Of a stretch of 64,000 nt of DNA, positions 25,108 through 36,849 are shown piece by piece. Under the pieces are notes generated by a model that worked only from the letters and a program-made list of their open reading frames with translations, had not been told where the DNA came from and did no database searches. Positions within the stretch are counted from its first letter, which is position 1, and each line of letters starts with the position of its first letter. Both the position numbers and the translations under genes were made by a program. Source of the stretch: Octopus sinensis (taxonomy: Eukaryota); assembly GCF_006345805.1 (NCBI RefSeq), contig NC_043000.1, positions 92,256,001-92,320,000 of the forward strand, written 5' to 3'.

Positions 25108-28100
25108 CATCATCATCATCATCCTCATTTAACGTCCGCTTTCCATGCTAGCATGGGTTGGACGGTTCAACTGGAGTCTGGGGAGCCCGAAGGCTGCACC
25201 AGGCCAGTCAGATCTGGCAGTGTTTCTACAGCTGGATGCCCTTCCTAACGCCAACCACTCCGAGAGTGTAGTGGGTGATTTTATGTGCCACCGACACAGG
25301 TGCCAGACGAGGCTGGCGAACGGCCACGCTCGGATGGTGTTTTTTTTTTATGTGCCACCGACACAGGTGCCAGAGAAGGCTGGCAGACGGCCACGCTCGG
25401 ATGGTGTTTTTATGTGCCACCGACACAAGTGCCAGATGAGGCTGGCAAACGGCCACGATCGGATGGTGTTTGTTACGTGCCCGGATGGTGTTTGTTACGT
25501 GCCCACAGTACGGAGGCCAGTCGATGCGGTACTGGCTACGGCCACGTTCGGATGGTTTTCTTGTGTGCCACCGGCACTGGTACCACAAAGATACAAATTC
25601 CATTGATGTTCATCTATTTTGATTTGGTTTGATTTTCACTTGCCTCAACAGGTCTTCACAAGTGTCACATACTTGCCTCAACAGGTCTTCACAAGTGTCA
25701 TAAGAAGGAAGGTATGCACAGGTAGACTGACTACATCCCAGGTAAGGGCCATGGGTTATGGCCTGACTAGTCTTGCCGGGTCTTTGGATGGTGTTTTTAT
25801 GTGCCACCAACACAGGTGCCAGATGAGGCTGGCGAACGGCCACGATCGGATGGTGTTTGTTACGTGCCCACAGCACGATGTGGTACTGGCTACCGCCACG
25901 TTCGGATGGTTTTCTTGTGTGCCACTGGCATTGGTACCACAAAGATACAAATTCCATTGATGTTCATCTATTTTGATTTGTTTTGATTGGATTTGATTAT
26001 GATTATAATTATTATGATTATGATTATTATTATTATTATTATTATCACTTGCCTCAACAGGTCTTCACAAGTGTCATAAGAAGGAAGGTATGCACAGGTG
26101 GACTGACTACGTCCCAGGAAGGGGCCACAGGCTATGGCCTGACTAGTCTTGCCGGGTCTTCGGACAGGTGCCAGATGAGGCTGGCGAACGGTCACGATCG
26201 GATGGCGTTTGTTATGTGCCCACAGCACGGAGGCCAGTCGATGCGGTACTGGCTACAGCCACGTTCGAATGGTTTTCTTGTGTGCCACCGGCACTGGTAC
26301 CACAGAGATACAGGTTCCATTGATGTTCATCTATTTTGATTTGTTTTGATTTTTTGATTTGTTGATTTTCACTTGCCTCAACAGGTCTTCACAAGTGTCA
26401 CAAGAAGGAAGGTATGCACAGGTGGACACCCAGGTAGGGGCCACCATGATCGGATGGTGTTTGTTATGTGCCCACATCACAGAGGCCAGTCGATGCGGTA
26501 CTGGCTACGGCCACGTTCGGATGGTTTTCTTGTGTGCCACCGGTACTGGTACCACAAAGATACAAATTCCATTGATGTTCATCTATTTTGATTTGGTTTG
26601 ATTTGATTTGATTTTCACTTGCCTCAACAGGTCTACACAAGTGTCACACACTTGCCTCAACAGGTCTTCACAAGTGTCATAAGAAGGAAGGTATGCACAG
26701 GTGGACTGACTACGTCGCCGGGTCTTCGGATGGTGTTTTTATGTGCCACCGACACAGGTGCCAGATGAGGCTGGCGAACGGCCACGATCGGATGGTGTTT
26801 GTTGTGCCCACAGCACGGAGGCCAGTCGATGCGGTACTGGCTACGGCCACGTTCGGATGGTTTTCTTGTGTGCCACCGGTACTGGAACCACAAAGATACA
26901 AATTCCATTGATGTTCATCTATTTTGATTTGGTTTGATTTTCACTTGCCTCAACAGGTCTTCACAAGTGTCACACGTGTCACACACTTGCCTCAACAGGT
27001 CTCCACAAGTGTCACACACTTGCCTCTGCCTCAACAGGTCTTCACAAAGTGTCACACACTTGCCTCTGCCTCAACAGGTCTTCACAAGTGTCACACACTT
27101 GCCTCAACAGGTCTTCACAAGTGTCATAAGAGGGAAGGTATGCACAGGTGGACTGACTACGTCGCCGGGTCTTCGGATGGTGTTTTTATGTGCCACCGAC
27201 ACAGGTGCCAGATGAGGCTGGCGAACGGCCACGATCGGATGGTGTTTGTTGTGCCCACAGCACGGAGGCCAGTCGATGCGGTACTGGCTACGGCCACGTT
27301 TGGGTGGTTTTCTTGTGTGCCACCGGCACTGGTACCACAAAGAATACAATTCCACTGATGTTCATCTACTTTGATTTGTTTTGATTTGATTTTCACTTGC
27401 CTCAACAGGTCTTCATAAGTGTCACAAGAAGGAAGGTATGCACAGGAGGACTGACTACGTCCCAGGTAGGGGCCACGGGTTATGGCCTGACTAGTCTTGC
27501 CGGGTCTTCTCACGCACAGCATACTTCCATAGGTCTCGGTCTCTAGACATTTCCTTAGTGAGACCTAAAGTTCGAAGGTCGTGCTTCACCACCTCGTCCC
27601 AGGTTTTCCTGGGTCTACCTCTTCCACAGGTTCCTCAACTGCTAGGGTGTAGCACTTTTGCACACAACTATCTTCAGCCTTTCTCGTCACATGACCATAC
27701 CAGCGCAGCCGTCTCTCTTGCACACCACAACTGATGCTTCTTAGGTTCAACTTTTCTCTCAAGGAACTTACACTCTGACGATTATGAACACTGACATTAC
27801 ACATCCATCGGAGCATACTGGCTTCATTTCTTGCGAGCTTACGCATATCCTCAGCAGTCACGGCCCATGTTTCACTACCATGTAGCATGGCTGTACGTAC
27901 ACATGCATCATACAATCTGCCTTTTACTCTGAGCGAGAGGCCTTTTGTCACCAGCAGGGGTAAGAGCTCTCTAAACTTTGCCCAGGCTATTCTTACTCTA
28001 GCAGTTACACTTTCAGCACACCCACCCCCGCTACTGACTTGGTCTCCTAGGTAGCGGAAGCTATCAACTACTTCTAGTTTGTCTCCCTGGAACGTGGCAG

Positions 28101-28688
28101 AAGTTGGTCTCTGCACATTCCAGTGTTTATTGCTCCTGAGCATTTGCCACAGACAAAAACTATTTTCCTAGTTAGCCTTCCTTTGACATTGCTGCACCTC
28201 TTATGTGTCCATAGCTTACCCTTGGTGCATCTTATAGAGTTTCTACCTACACCTTTTTTACAGATCGAGCAGGGCCATCTACCTGAAGGCGTTTGTGATT
28301 GATCTACCTTCCTACTTATTAGGACTTTGGTTTTGGCTAGGTTGATTCTAAGGCCCTTCGATTCTAATCCTTGTTTCCACACCTGAAACTTCTCCTCCAG
28401 TTCTGATAGTGACTCAGCAATTAGAGCAAGGTCATCAGCATAGAGGAGCTCCCAGGGGCAACCTGTCTTGAATTCCTCCGTTATTGCCTGGAGGACTATG
28501 ATAAATAGGAGGGGACTGAGGACTGAACCTTGGTGGACCCCAACCTCTACCCGGAATTCTTCACTGTACTCGTTGCCAACCCTCACCTTACTAGCAACGT
28601 CTCTGTACATGGCTTGCACAGCTCTCACCAACCATTCATCTATCCCTAGTTTCCTCATTGACCACCAGATAAGGGATCGGGGGACCCT
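25108..28688 (-). mobile_element. RTE-clade LINE, 5'-truncated, with tandemly amplified 3' region
   Basis: ORFs 28074-28658 (GVHQGSVLSPLLF, LLYADDL) and 27586-28143 (HGSETW, RRLRWYGHV); same family as 7310-9828; (CAT)n tail at 25108. Confidence 0.95.
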
Positions 28689-29455
28689 ATATATATATAT
28701 ATACAGTTACTTAATAGAGGATGAAATATATGGAAACAAATAGATAACACACACACACACACTCACATAACACACACACATACAGATAAAGAAGATATAA
28801 GCAGATAGACAGGTAGATACATATGTACATACATACAAAATACATACCAACGTGTTGTGCTCAGATATATGTATATATATAATATATATATGGATAAATT
28901 GAGAGAGAGAGAGAGGCAGAGAGACAAGACAGACAGACAGACAGATGGATAGATAAACAGATAGATGAGTAAGGAAACTGAGCTCCTTCCACCTGGCCAA
29001 TCTTAATTTAAAAGGTGAGGGATAGATGGTGGGGGTTGGGGGGATCTAAGGTAGTTTGTTTATTTTCATTTGTCTCTGTTTCTCTCCCTGAAAATTGCAA
29101 AGACTACAGAGAGGGAGCTGAAGTAGGAGCTGTAACAGGGAGAGCGAAATGAGAAAAGGGTGATGTTGGGGAGAGCAAGAGGGACCTGATGGAAAGTGAA
29201 AGTCTGTTTTCAAAATATATACCTAAACAAATAACTAAATATTCAAGTAAATAAATAAATAAATAAATAAATAAATTAAAATGAATACTTTAAAAAAAAA
29301 ATTCAAAAATTACATCTAAAAAATAGGAAGAACGAACACAAGAATGGCAGGTAATGTAGGGTGATGTATGAGTGGGTGGGTTCCAGAAATGCTGAAAGTA
29401 AAAAGGAATATAAGGGAATTTAAAGAAGGTGGCATTGATCGTCTTGAAAAAGCAA

Positions 29456-29560
29456 ATGTAATAATGGCAATAACATCTTTAGTTTTCCACACTACCCCTT
29501 GTCATCCTCCGAGTCAAGGGGTAGTGTGGAAAACTAAAGATGTTATTGCCATTATTACAT
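29456..29560. repeat. Perfect 46-bp inverted repeat with 13-nt loop
   Basis: atgtaataatggcaataacatctttagttttccacactaccccttg / tcatcctccgagt / caaggggtagtgtggaaaactaaagatgttattgccattattacat. Confidence 0.95.
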
Positions 29561-29777
29561 ATATATATGTAATATATATATTACATATATATATATATAT
29601 ATATATATATGTAATATATATATATATATAGAGGGAGATGTACTCGCATAGCAAGTAATTTGATCTGAGATCGTGTGCTGAAACGAAAACAATTGCAGCG
29701 TGGAAGGTGTTTATAAGCCATTTAAGAAACACACAAAAGCCGTTCGATTCACTTCAACATTTACTGCGGCACGGATT

Positions 29778-29827
29778 TTTGTCAGTGAACAGGTCGCGGA
29801 TTTTAGCGACGAAAATATTTTGACAAA
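29778..29827 (+). ncRNA. Minimal type I hammerhead ribozyme, G3-C8 core variant (copy 1)
   Basis: UUUGUCA-GUGAACA-G-GUCGC(ggauuuua)GCGAC-GAAA-AUAU-U-U-UGACAAA: helix I 7 bp, helix II 5 bp, palindromic AAUAUU in place of helix III. Confidence 0.7.
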
Positions 29828-30108
29828 TTAAACTTAAATGTTGAAGTGAATCGAATGGCTTTTGTGTGTTTCTTAAATGGCTTACAAACACCTTCCACGC
29901 TGCAATTGTTATATATATATATATATTATATATATATATGTAATATATATATATATATATAGAGGGAGATGTACTCGCATAGCAAGTAATTTGATCTGAG
30001 ATCGTGTGCTGAAACGAAAACAATTGCAGCGTGGAAGGTGTTTATAAGCCATTTAAGAAACACACAAAAGCCGTTCGATTCACTTCAACATTTACTGCGG
30101 CACGGATT

Positions 30109-30158
30109 TTTGTCAGTGAACAGGTCGCGGATTTTAGCGACGAAAATATTTTGACAAA
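30109..30158 (+). ncRNA. Minimal type I hammerhead ribozyme, G3-C8 core variant (copy 2)
   Basis: Identical to 29778-29827. Confidence 0.7.
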
Positions 30159-30238
30159 TTAAACTTAATGTTGAAGTGAATCGAATGGCTTTTGTGTGTT
30201 TCTTAAATGGCTTACAAACACCTTCCACGCTGCAATTG

Positions 30239-30273
<35 letters not shown>

Positions 30274-30496
30274 TAATCAATATAGGGGGCAAAAAAATTT
30301 TGTAGAATTCTTTTGCCCCCAGCGGCCTAGTAGGAAAAAATTAAATAGTCATAAACCTTTTTAAGTTCAATATCACAATCAAGGAACGGCCATAATAGGC
30401 CATTCACCCACTAGAAATAACAGCCAAAAAGCTTCAACCGCCAAATAACATTAATTCTGTAAACCAGGAGAAAATTAAAAAAACATTTACCCTGAA

Positions 30497-30601
30497 ATTC
30501 CTATACGATGCACCGTTCGTTCTACTGTTTAATGGTAAACTAACCTGATAAATTAAATCAAGCCAATCTACCATAGGCCCTTAGATTCATCAGTAAGGAA
30601 T
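30497..30601 (-). ncRNA. Type I HHR, unit 1 (indels in GAAA and helix I)
   Basis: Same motif as 30982-31088 but reads gtagaacgaacgg and lacks one helix I base; degenerate copy or read error. Confidence 0.5.
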
Positions 30602-30981
30602 AGCCAAATCGGAACAGATATTTTTCACGAGGCATTCACGTCCATGCCTCGCCAATATCTGACCTAAAATTTCAAATCGTCGCACTCGCGCCACATTTAT
30701 CGGCAGCAAATAAATAAGCCGCCGATTCCATTACGGAACTAACCAGAAAATTCATAATTAATCAATATAGGGAGGCAAAAAAATTTTGTAGAATTCTTTT
30801 GCCCCCAGCGGGTAGTGGGAAAAAATTAAATAGTCATAAACCATTTTTAAGTTCAATATCACAATCAAGGAACGGCCATAATAGGCCATTCACCCACTAG
30901 AATAACAGCCAAAAAGCTTCAACCGCAAAATAACATTAATTCTGTAAACCAGGAGAAAATTAAAAAAACATTTACCCTGAA

Positions 30982-31088
30982 ATTCCTTATACGATGCACC
31001 GTTTCGTCTACTGTTTAATGGTAAACTAACCTGATTAAATTAAATCAAGCCAATCTACCATAGGCCCTTAGATTCATCAGTAAGGAAT
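30982..31088 (-). ncRNA. Type I hammerhead ribozyme with extended helix II, unit 2
   Basis: Reverse complement of 32996-33102; predicted cleavage after A17 = position 30990. Confidence 0.8.
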
Positions 31089-31473
31089 AGCCAAATCGGA
31101 ACAGATATTTTTCACGAGGCATTCACGTCCATGCCTCGCCAATATCTGACCTAAAATTTTCAAATCGTCGCACTCGCGCCAAATTTATCGGCAGCAAATA
31201 AATATAAGCCGCCGATTCCATTACGGAACTAACCAGAAAATTCATAATTAATCAATATAGGGAGGCAAAAAAATTTTGTAGAATTCTTTTGCCCCCAGCG
31301 GCCTAGTGGGAAAAAATTAAATAGTCATAAACCATTTTTAAGTTCAATATCACAATCAAGGAACGGCCATAATAGGCCATTCACCCACTAGAAATAACAG
31401 CCAAAAAGCTTCAACCGCCAAATAACATTAATTCTGTAAACCAGGAGAAAATTAAAAAAACATTTACCCTGAA

Positions 31474-31580
31474 ATTCCTTATACGATGCACCGTTTCGTC
31501 TACTGTTTAATGGTAAACTAACCTGATTAAATTAAATCAAGCCAATCTACCATAGGCCCTTAGATTCATCAGTAAGGAAT
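31474..31580 (-). ncRNA. Type I hammerhead ribozyme with extended helix II, unit 3
   Basis: As unit 2; A17 = position 31482. Confidence 0.8.
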
Positions 31581-31963
31581 AGCCAAATCGGAACAGATAT
31601 TTTTCACGAGGCATTCACGTCCATGCCTCGCCAATATCTGACCTAAAATTTTCAAATCGTCGCACTCGCGCCAAATTTATCGGCAGCAAATAAATATAAG
31701 CCGCCGATTCCATTACGGAACTAACCAGAAAATCATAATTAATCAATATAGGGAGGCAAAAAAATTTTGTAGAATTCTTTTGCCCCCAGCGGCATAGTGG
31801 GAAAAAATTAAATAGTCATAAACCATTTTTAAGTTCAATACACAATCAAGGAACGGCCATAATAGGCCATTCACCCACTAGAAATAACAGCCAAAAAGCT
31901 TCAACCGCAAAATAACATTAATTCTGTAAACCAGGAGAAAATTAAAAAAACATTTACCCTGAA

Positions 31964-32069
31964 ATTCCTTATACGATGCACCGTTTCGTCTACTGTTTAA
32001 TGGTAAACTAACCTGATTAAATTAAATCAAGCCAATCTACCATAGGCCCTTAGATTCATCAGTAAGAAT
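31964..32069 (-). ncRNA. Type I hammerhead ribozyme, unit 4 (1-nt deletion in helix I)
   Basis: As unit 2 but the plus strand reads taagaat instead of taaggaat. Confidence 0.7.
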
Positions 32070-32995
32070 AGCCAAATCGGAACAGATATTTTTCACGAGG
32101 CATTCACGTCCATGCCTCGCCAATATCTGACCTAAAATTTTCAAATCGTCGCACTCGCGCCAAATTTATCGGCAGCAAATAAATATAAGCCGCCGATTCC
32201 ATTACGGAACTAACCAGAAAATTCATAATTAATCAATATAGGGAGGCAAAAAAATTTTGTAGAATTCTTTTGCCCCCAGCGGCATAGTGGAAAAAATAAA
32301 TAGTCATAAACCATTTTTAATTTCAATATCACAATCAAGGAACGGCCATAATAGGCCATTCACCCACTAGAAAAAACAGCCAAAAAGCTTCAACCGCAAA
32401 ATAACATTAATTCTGTAAACCAGGAGAAAATTAAAAAAACATTTACCCTGAAATTCCTTATACGATGCACCGTTTCGTCTACTGTTTAATGGTAAACTAA
32501 CCTGATTAAATTAAATCAAGCCAATCTACCATAGGCCCTTAGATTCAATTTAATTAATCAGGTTAGTTTACCATTAAACAGTAGACGAAACGGTGCATCG
32601 TATAAGGAATTTCAGGGTAAATGTTTTTTTAATTTTCTCCTGGTTTACAGAATTAATGTTATTTTGCGGTTGAAGCTTTTTGGCTGTTATTTCTAGTGGG
32701 TGAATGGCCTATTATGGCCGTTCCTTGATTGTGATATTGAAATTAAAAATGGTTTATGACTATTTAATTTTTTCCCACTATGCCGCTGGGGGCAAAAGAA
32801 TTCTACAAAATTTTTTTGCCTCCCTATATTGATTAATTATGAATTTTCTGGTTAGTTCCGTAATGGAATCGGCGGCTTATATTTATTTGCTGCCGATAAA
32901 TTTGGCGCGAGTGCGACGATTTGAAAATTTTAGGTCAGATATTGGCGAGGCATGGACGTGAATGCCTCGTGAAAAATATCTGTTCCGATTTGGCT

Positions 32996-33102
32996 ATTCC
33001 TTACTGATGAATCTAAGGGCCTATGGTAGATTGGCTTGATTTAATTTAATCAGGTTAGTTTACCATTAAACAGTAGACGAAACGGTGCATCGTATAAGGA
33101 AT
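32996..33102 (+). ncRNA. Type I hammerhead ribozyme with extended helix II (inverted arm)
   Basis: AUUCCUUA (32996-33003) CUGAUGA (33004-33010) AUCUA...UAGAC GAA A-CGG-UGCA-UCG-U A17 (33094) UAAGGAAU: helix I 8 bp perfect; helix III 4 bp with palindromic UGCA loop; GUA cleavage triplet. Confidence 0.85.
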
Positions 33103-33266
33103 TTCAGGGTAAATGTTTTTTTAATTTTCTCCTGGTTTACAGAATTAATGTTATTTTGCGGTTGAAGCTTTTTGGCTGTTATTTCTAGTGGGTGAATGGC
33201 CTATTATGGCCGTTCCTTGATTGTGATATATATATATATGTATATGTATGTATGTATATGTATAGG

Positions 33267-33299
<33 letters not shown>

Positions 33300-35447
33300 G
33301 GAGGTGTATTGGATTGTTTGTTGGCACGGCTGTTATTGTATGTACGGAACAGTTTTATAAGACATCCATTTGATATGTGTGTGTGTGTGAATATGCACAC
33401 ACATATGCAATAACTGCACATATATTCTTATATTGTCTTTATCAGGTTTTAATCCTGATTGCATATAAATAGTGTAATTCTCTTTTGAATCCCTTTATTA
33501 TTCAGCTGATGAGATATCATGCATCCATATATTTTTATGAATGCTACAGAATCAGAAATGTGCTAATCTCTAGTGAAGATACAAGAAAAATGGTGATGCT
33601 TTCTTTGACATTACCTGTTAACCACTTGACCCATAGCTCAGCATTTTTGAAGATATGTTGAATATAAAAGTCCATTAGTTGAAAGTTGGGTAAGGTTAAG
33701 TGACAGGAAGGATATCTGGCTGTAATGCAAAGGTTTCAGTATGTATACAACTACTCAGCATGATGAAACAGAGGTAAATTAAAGAACATATACACATATA
33801 CACACATATATACATACATGTTATGCAAAAGTGAGTGCCATCTGCATATTGAAGGTTATTGATGATCATATAGACATTATGTTACCTTCTTGGGTTATAC
33901 CTCCTCATAAGGGCTGGTTTCCCAGTTTTATGGCAAATAAATTCCCTACCTGGATGGGACGCCAGTTCATTTCAGGATTACTCATTTTTGCCAGCTGAGT
34001 GGACTGGAGCAATGTGAAATGAAGTGTTTTGCTCAAGAGCACAATACGTTACCCTGTCCAGGAATTGAAACTGCAATCTTATGATCATGAGGTGCAGAAG
34101 TGGTTGTGTGGAGGCACAGGAGTGGTTATGTGGTAAGTGGCTTGCTTACCAAGCACATAGTTCCAGGTTCAGTCCCACTACATGACACCTTGGGCAAGTG
34201 TCTTCTACTGTAGCCTTAGGCCAATCAAAGCTTTGCGAGTGGATTTGGTAGACCGAAACTGAAAACAGCCAATTGTATATGTGTGTGCGCGTGTGTGTGT
34301 GTGCATGTGCGTGTTTGTGTGTGTTTGTTTGTGTCTGTGTTTGTCCCCCCCAACATCGCTTGACAACCAATGCTGGTTTGTTTGCATCCCTATGAGTTAG
34401 TGGTTTGGCAAAAGAGACCAATAGAATAAATATTAGACTTTCAAAGAATAAATCCTGGGGATGGTTTTCTTGACTAAAGACAGTGCCACTGCATGGCCTC
34501 AGTTAGATGACTGAAGCAAGTAAAAGAATAAAAGAATGAGTCCGACACCTTAACCACTAAACCATGTACATCCACTGATGATTATATCCCCTTTTGATAA
34601 CCCTGGCACAATCTCTACTTCGCTGAAGATTTCCTCGATATGTGTTAATAAAACGTTGGGCACAAAGCCTGGAATTTGATGGGGACAGGGCTAAGTCTAT
34701 ACAATCGACCCCAGTGTGCAACTGGTACTTTATTGACCCTGAAAGGATGAAAGGCAAAGTCAACCTTGGTGGAATTTGATCTCAGAACATATTGACAAAT
34801 GAAATGCAGCTAAGTATTTTTGCCTGGCATGCTAGCAATTCTGCTAGCTTGTCACCTTAAAATAATAATAACAATAATAATAATAATAATAACAATAATA
34901 ATAATAATAATAATAACAATAATAATAATGATAATAGATAATAGCAACAACAACAACAAAAACAATAATAATAATAATAACAAATAAGAGTAAAAACGGG
35001 AACTAAAGTTAATGGCTAAATGATTGGGTAAAATCAATTTTCATACCATTGCTAAAAGGAAAAGAAAAATGGCTATCTAAAGCAATGTAAAAACAACTGA
35101 AATTGTGAACTGCACTGATCAATCATGCTAGTAAAATCCAATTTAAGATCATTGATGAAAGTATTTAAAATCAAATTCTCGCTATCATCCCCATCGTCAT
35201 CATCATCATCAGTTTTAAAGTTCACTTTTACAAACTTGCTCGGGTCAGATGGAATTCAACGAGGCAGATTTTTCTAAGTCAGATGTCATTTCTTTAAGTC
35301 TCCTGTTTCTAAGTAAGATAATACTTTCCCAATAGCCAGACATTGTTTCTCGTGGAAGACTAGAAATGTAGAACAATGTTGTATGATGGTGATGTTGGTT
35401 TTATGAACATCATCTGATGTCAAGACAAGTGTATACTAACTCATGTA

Positions 35448-35537
<90 letters not shown>

Positions 35538-36039
35538 ATATATATATATCATCATCATTACCAACGTTTAACGTCTGCTTTCCATGCTTGCATGGGTTGG
35601 ACGATTTGACCGAGGACTGGCGATCCAGATTGCTGCACCAGGCTCCATTTTCATCTGGCAGAGTTTCTACAGCTGGATGCCCTTCCTAATGCCAACCACT
35701 CCGAGAGTGTAGTGGGTGCTTTTATGTGCCACTGGCATGAGGGCCAGTCAGGTGATACTGGCAACGGCCAAGCTCAAATGGTGTTTTTTGCACAGGAGCT
35801 ATTGCATAAAATGTTTATGATAGTTGATTTATGGAAAAGGTTATGTTAAATTTTTGAAACGCAAATATGTGAATGGAAATTAAGTTTAATTTGTAATCAA
35901 AATAGTACTGAAGTTTTTGATGCCCCATACATCAAAATTAGTAACTCGGTTTTGGAATGCATAAGGAATATATATATATAGGACAGACTTCTTTCAAACT
36001 GAAATATTATCTCACATTACAATAGAGATGTAATACTGA

Positions 36040-36200
36040 AATAGTGGGCTCACATTAGGCAAGAAGTTGAAAAATCTTCTGGCTTATGACACTACATGTG
36101 TAAAATTTGAATGAAATTGGTTGTGTAGTTCTTGAGTTTTAGGGATTCACACAGACAGACCGACACACAGACAGACACACATTCTCATCTTTATATATAC
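36040..36200 (+). mobile_element. Possible Helitron-like non-autonomous element 3' end
   Basis: aaaatttgaatgaaattggttgtgtagttcttgag...acagacagac...ctttatatata pattern; similar end at ~57490-57670. Family recall only. Confidence 0.35.
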
Positions 36201-36849
36201 AAGGGGATTATTTCAATTTCCATCTACCAAACCCATTCACGTGGTTTTGGTAGGCCTGAGGTTAAACGAACACACTTGCCCAAGATGCCTCATAGTGGGA
36301 CTGAACCCAGAACCATGTGGCTGGGAAGCAAGCTTCTTGCCACACAGCCACATCTGCACCTATGTGTGTGTGTATGTATGTATGTATGTATGTATGTATG
36401 TATGTATGTATGTGTAATGTATGTGTATATGTGGTGCAAGTATGCTTGCATAGTGAACAAGTTTGCTTCCTGACCATATAATTTCCAGTTCAGTTACATA
36501 AAGCAGCACCTTGAACAAGTATACTCTGCTATAACCCCAGAACAAATTCTTGTGAGATGATGTAGGAGATGGAAAATGAAAGAAGGCTCTCATATATAAG
36601 TTGGTGTGTGTATGTGTGATTGTGTTTCCTTACTTTGTTGTCATGGTTTTGTGATAGTTGTAAATATGTGTCACCCTAATACAGTCAGTGGTATTAATTT
36701 CCAGCATTCAGTAAAAAGCATGTAGTCTCAGATATAGGTAAAGGTTAATGACAGGAAGAGCATCAGGCCATAGGAAATCTGCCACAGCAAATTCTGTTCT
36801 GCTCATGGAAGCATGGAAAAGTGGATGCTATCAGGTTGTTAAGAATGAA

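Larger units (their letters stand above)
29631..30240. mobile_element. Two tandem ~280-bp HHR-bearing elements with ~76-bp inverted arms, in (TA)n
   Basis: Copies 29631-29910 and 29961-30240 are nearly identical; in copy 1 the arms are 29688-29763 and 29835-29910. Confidence 0.9.
30272..33226 (-). mobile_element. ~490-bp tandem array (about 4.6 units) plus ~680-bp inverted arm; retrozyme-like
   Basis: Unit starts attaatcaatatagg at 30272, 30757, 31247, 31738, 32228; fold-back at ~32547; (TA)n at both outer ends; an HHR in each unit. Confidence 0.9.

Noticed and set aside
30272-33226. Array as a 5S/snRNA/tRNA gene cluster or CRISPR array
   Set aside because: No 5S, U snRNA or tRNA signatures; units are uniform, with no repeat-spacer alternation.
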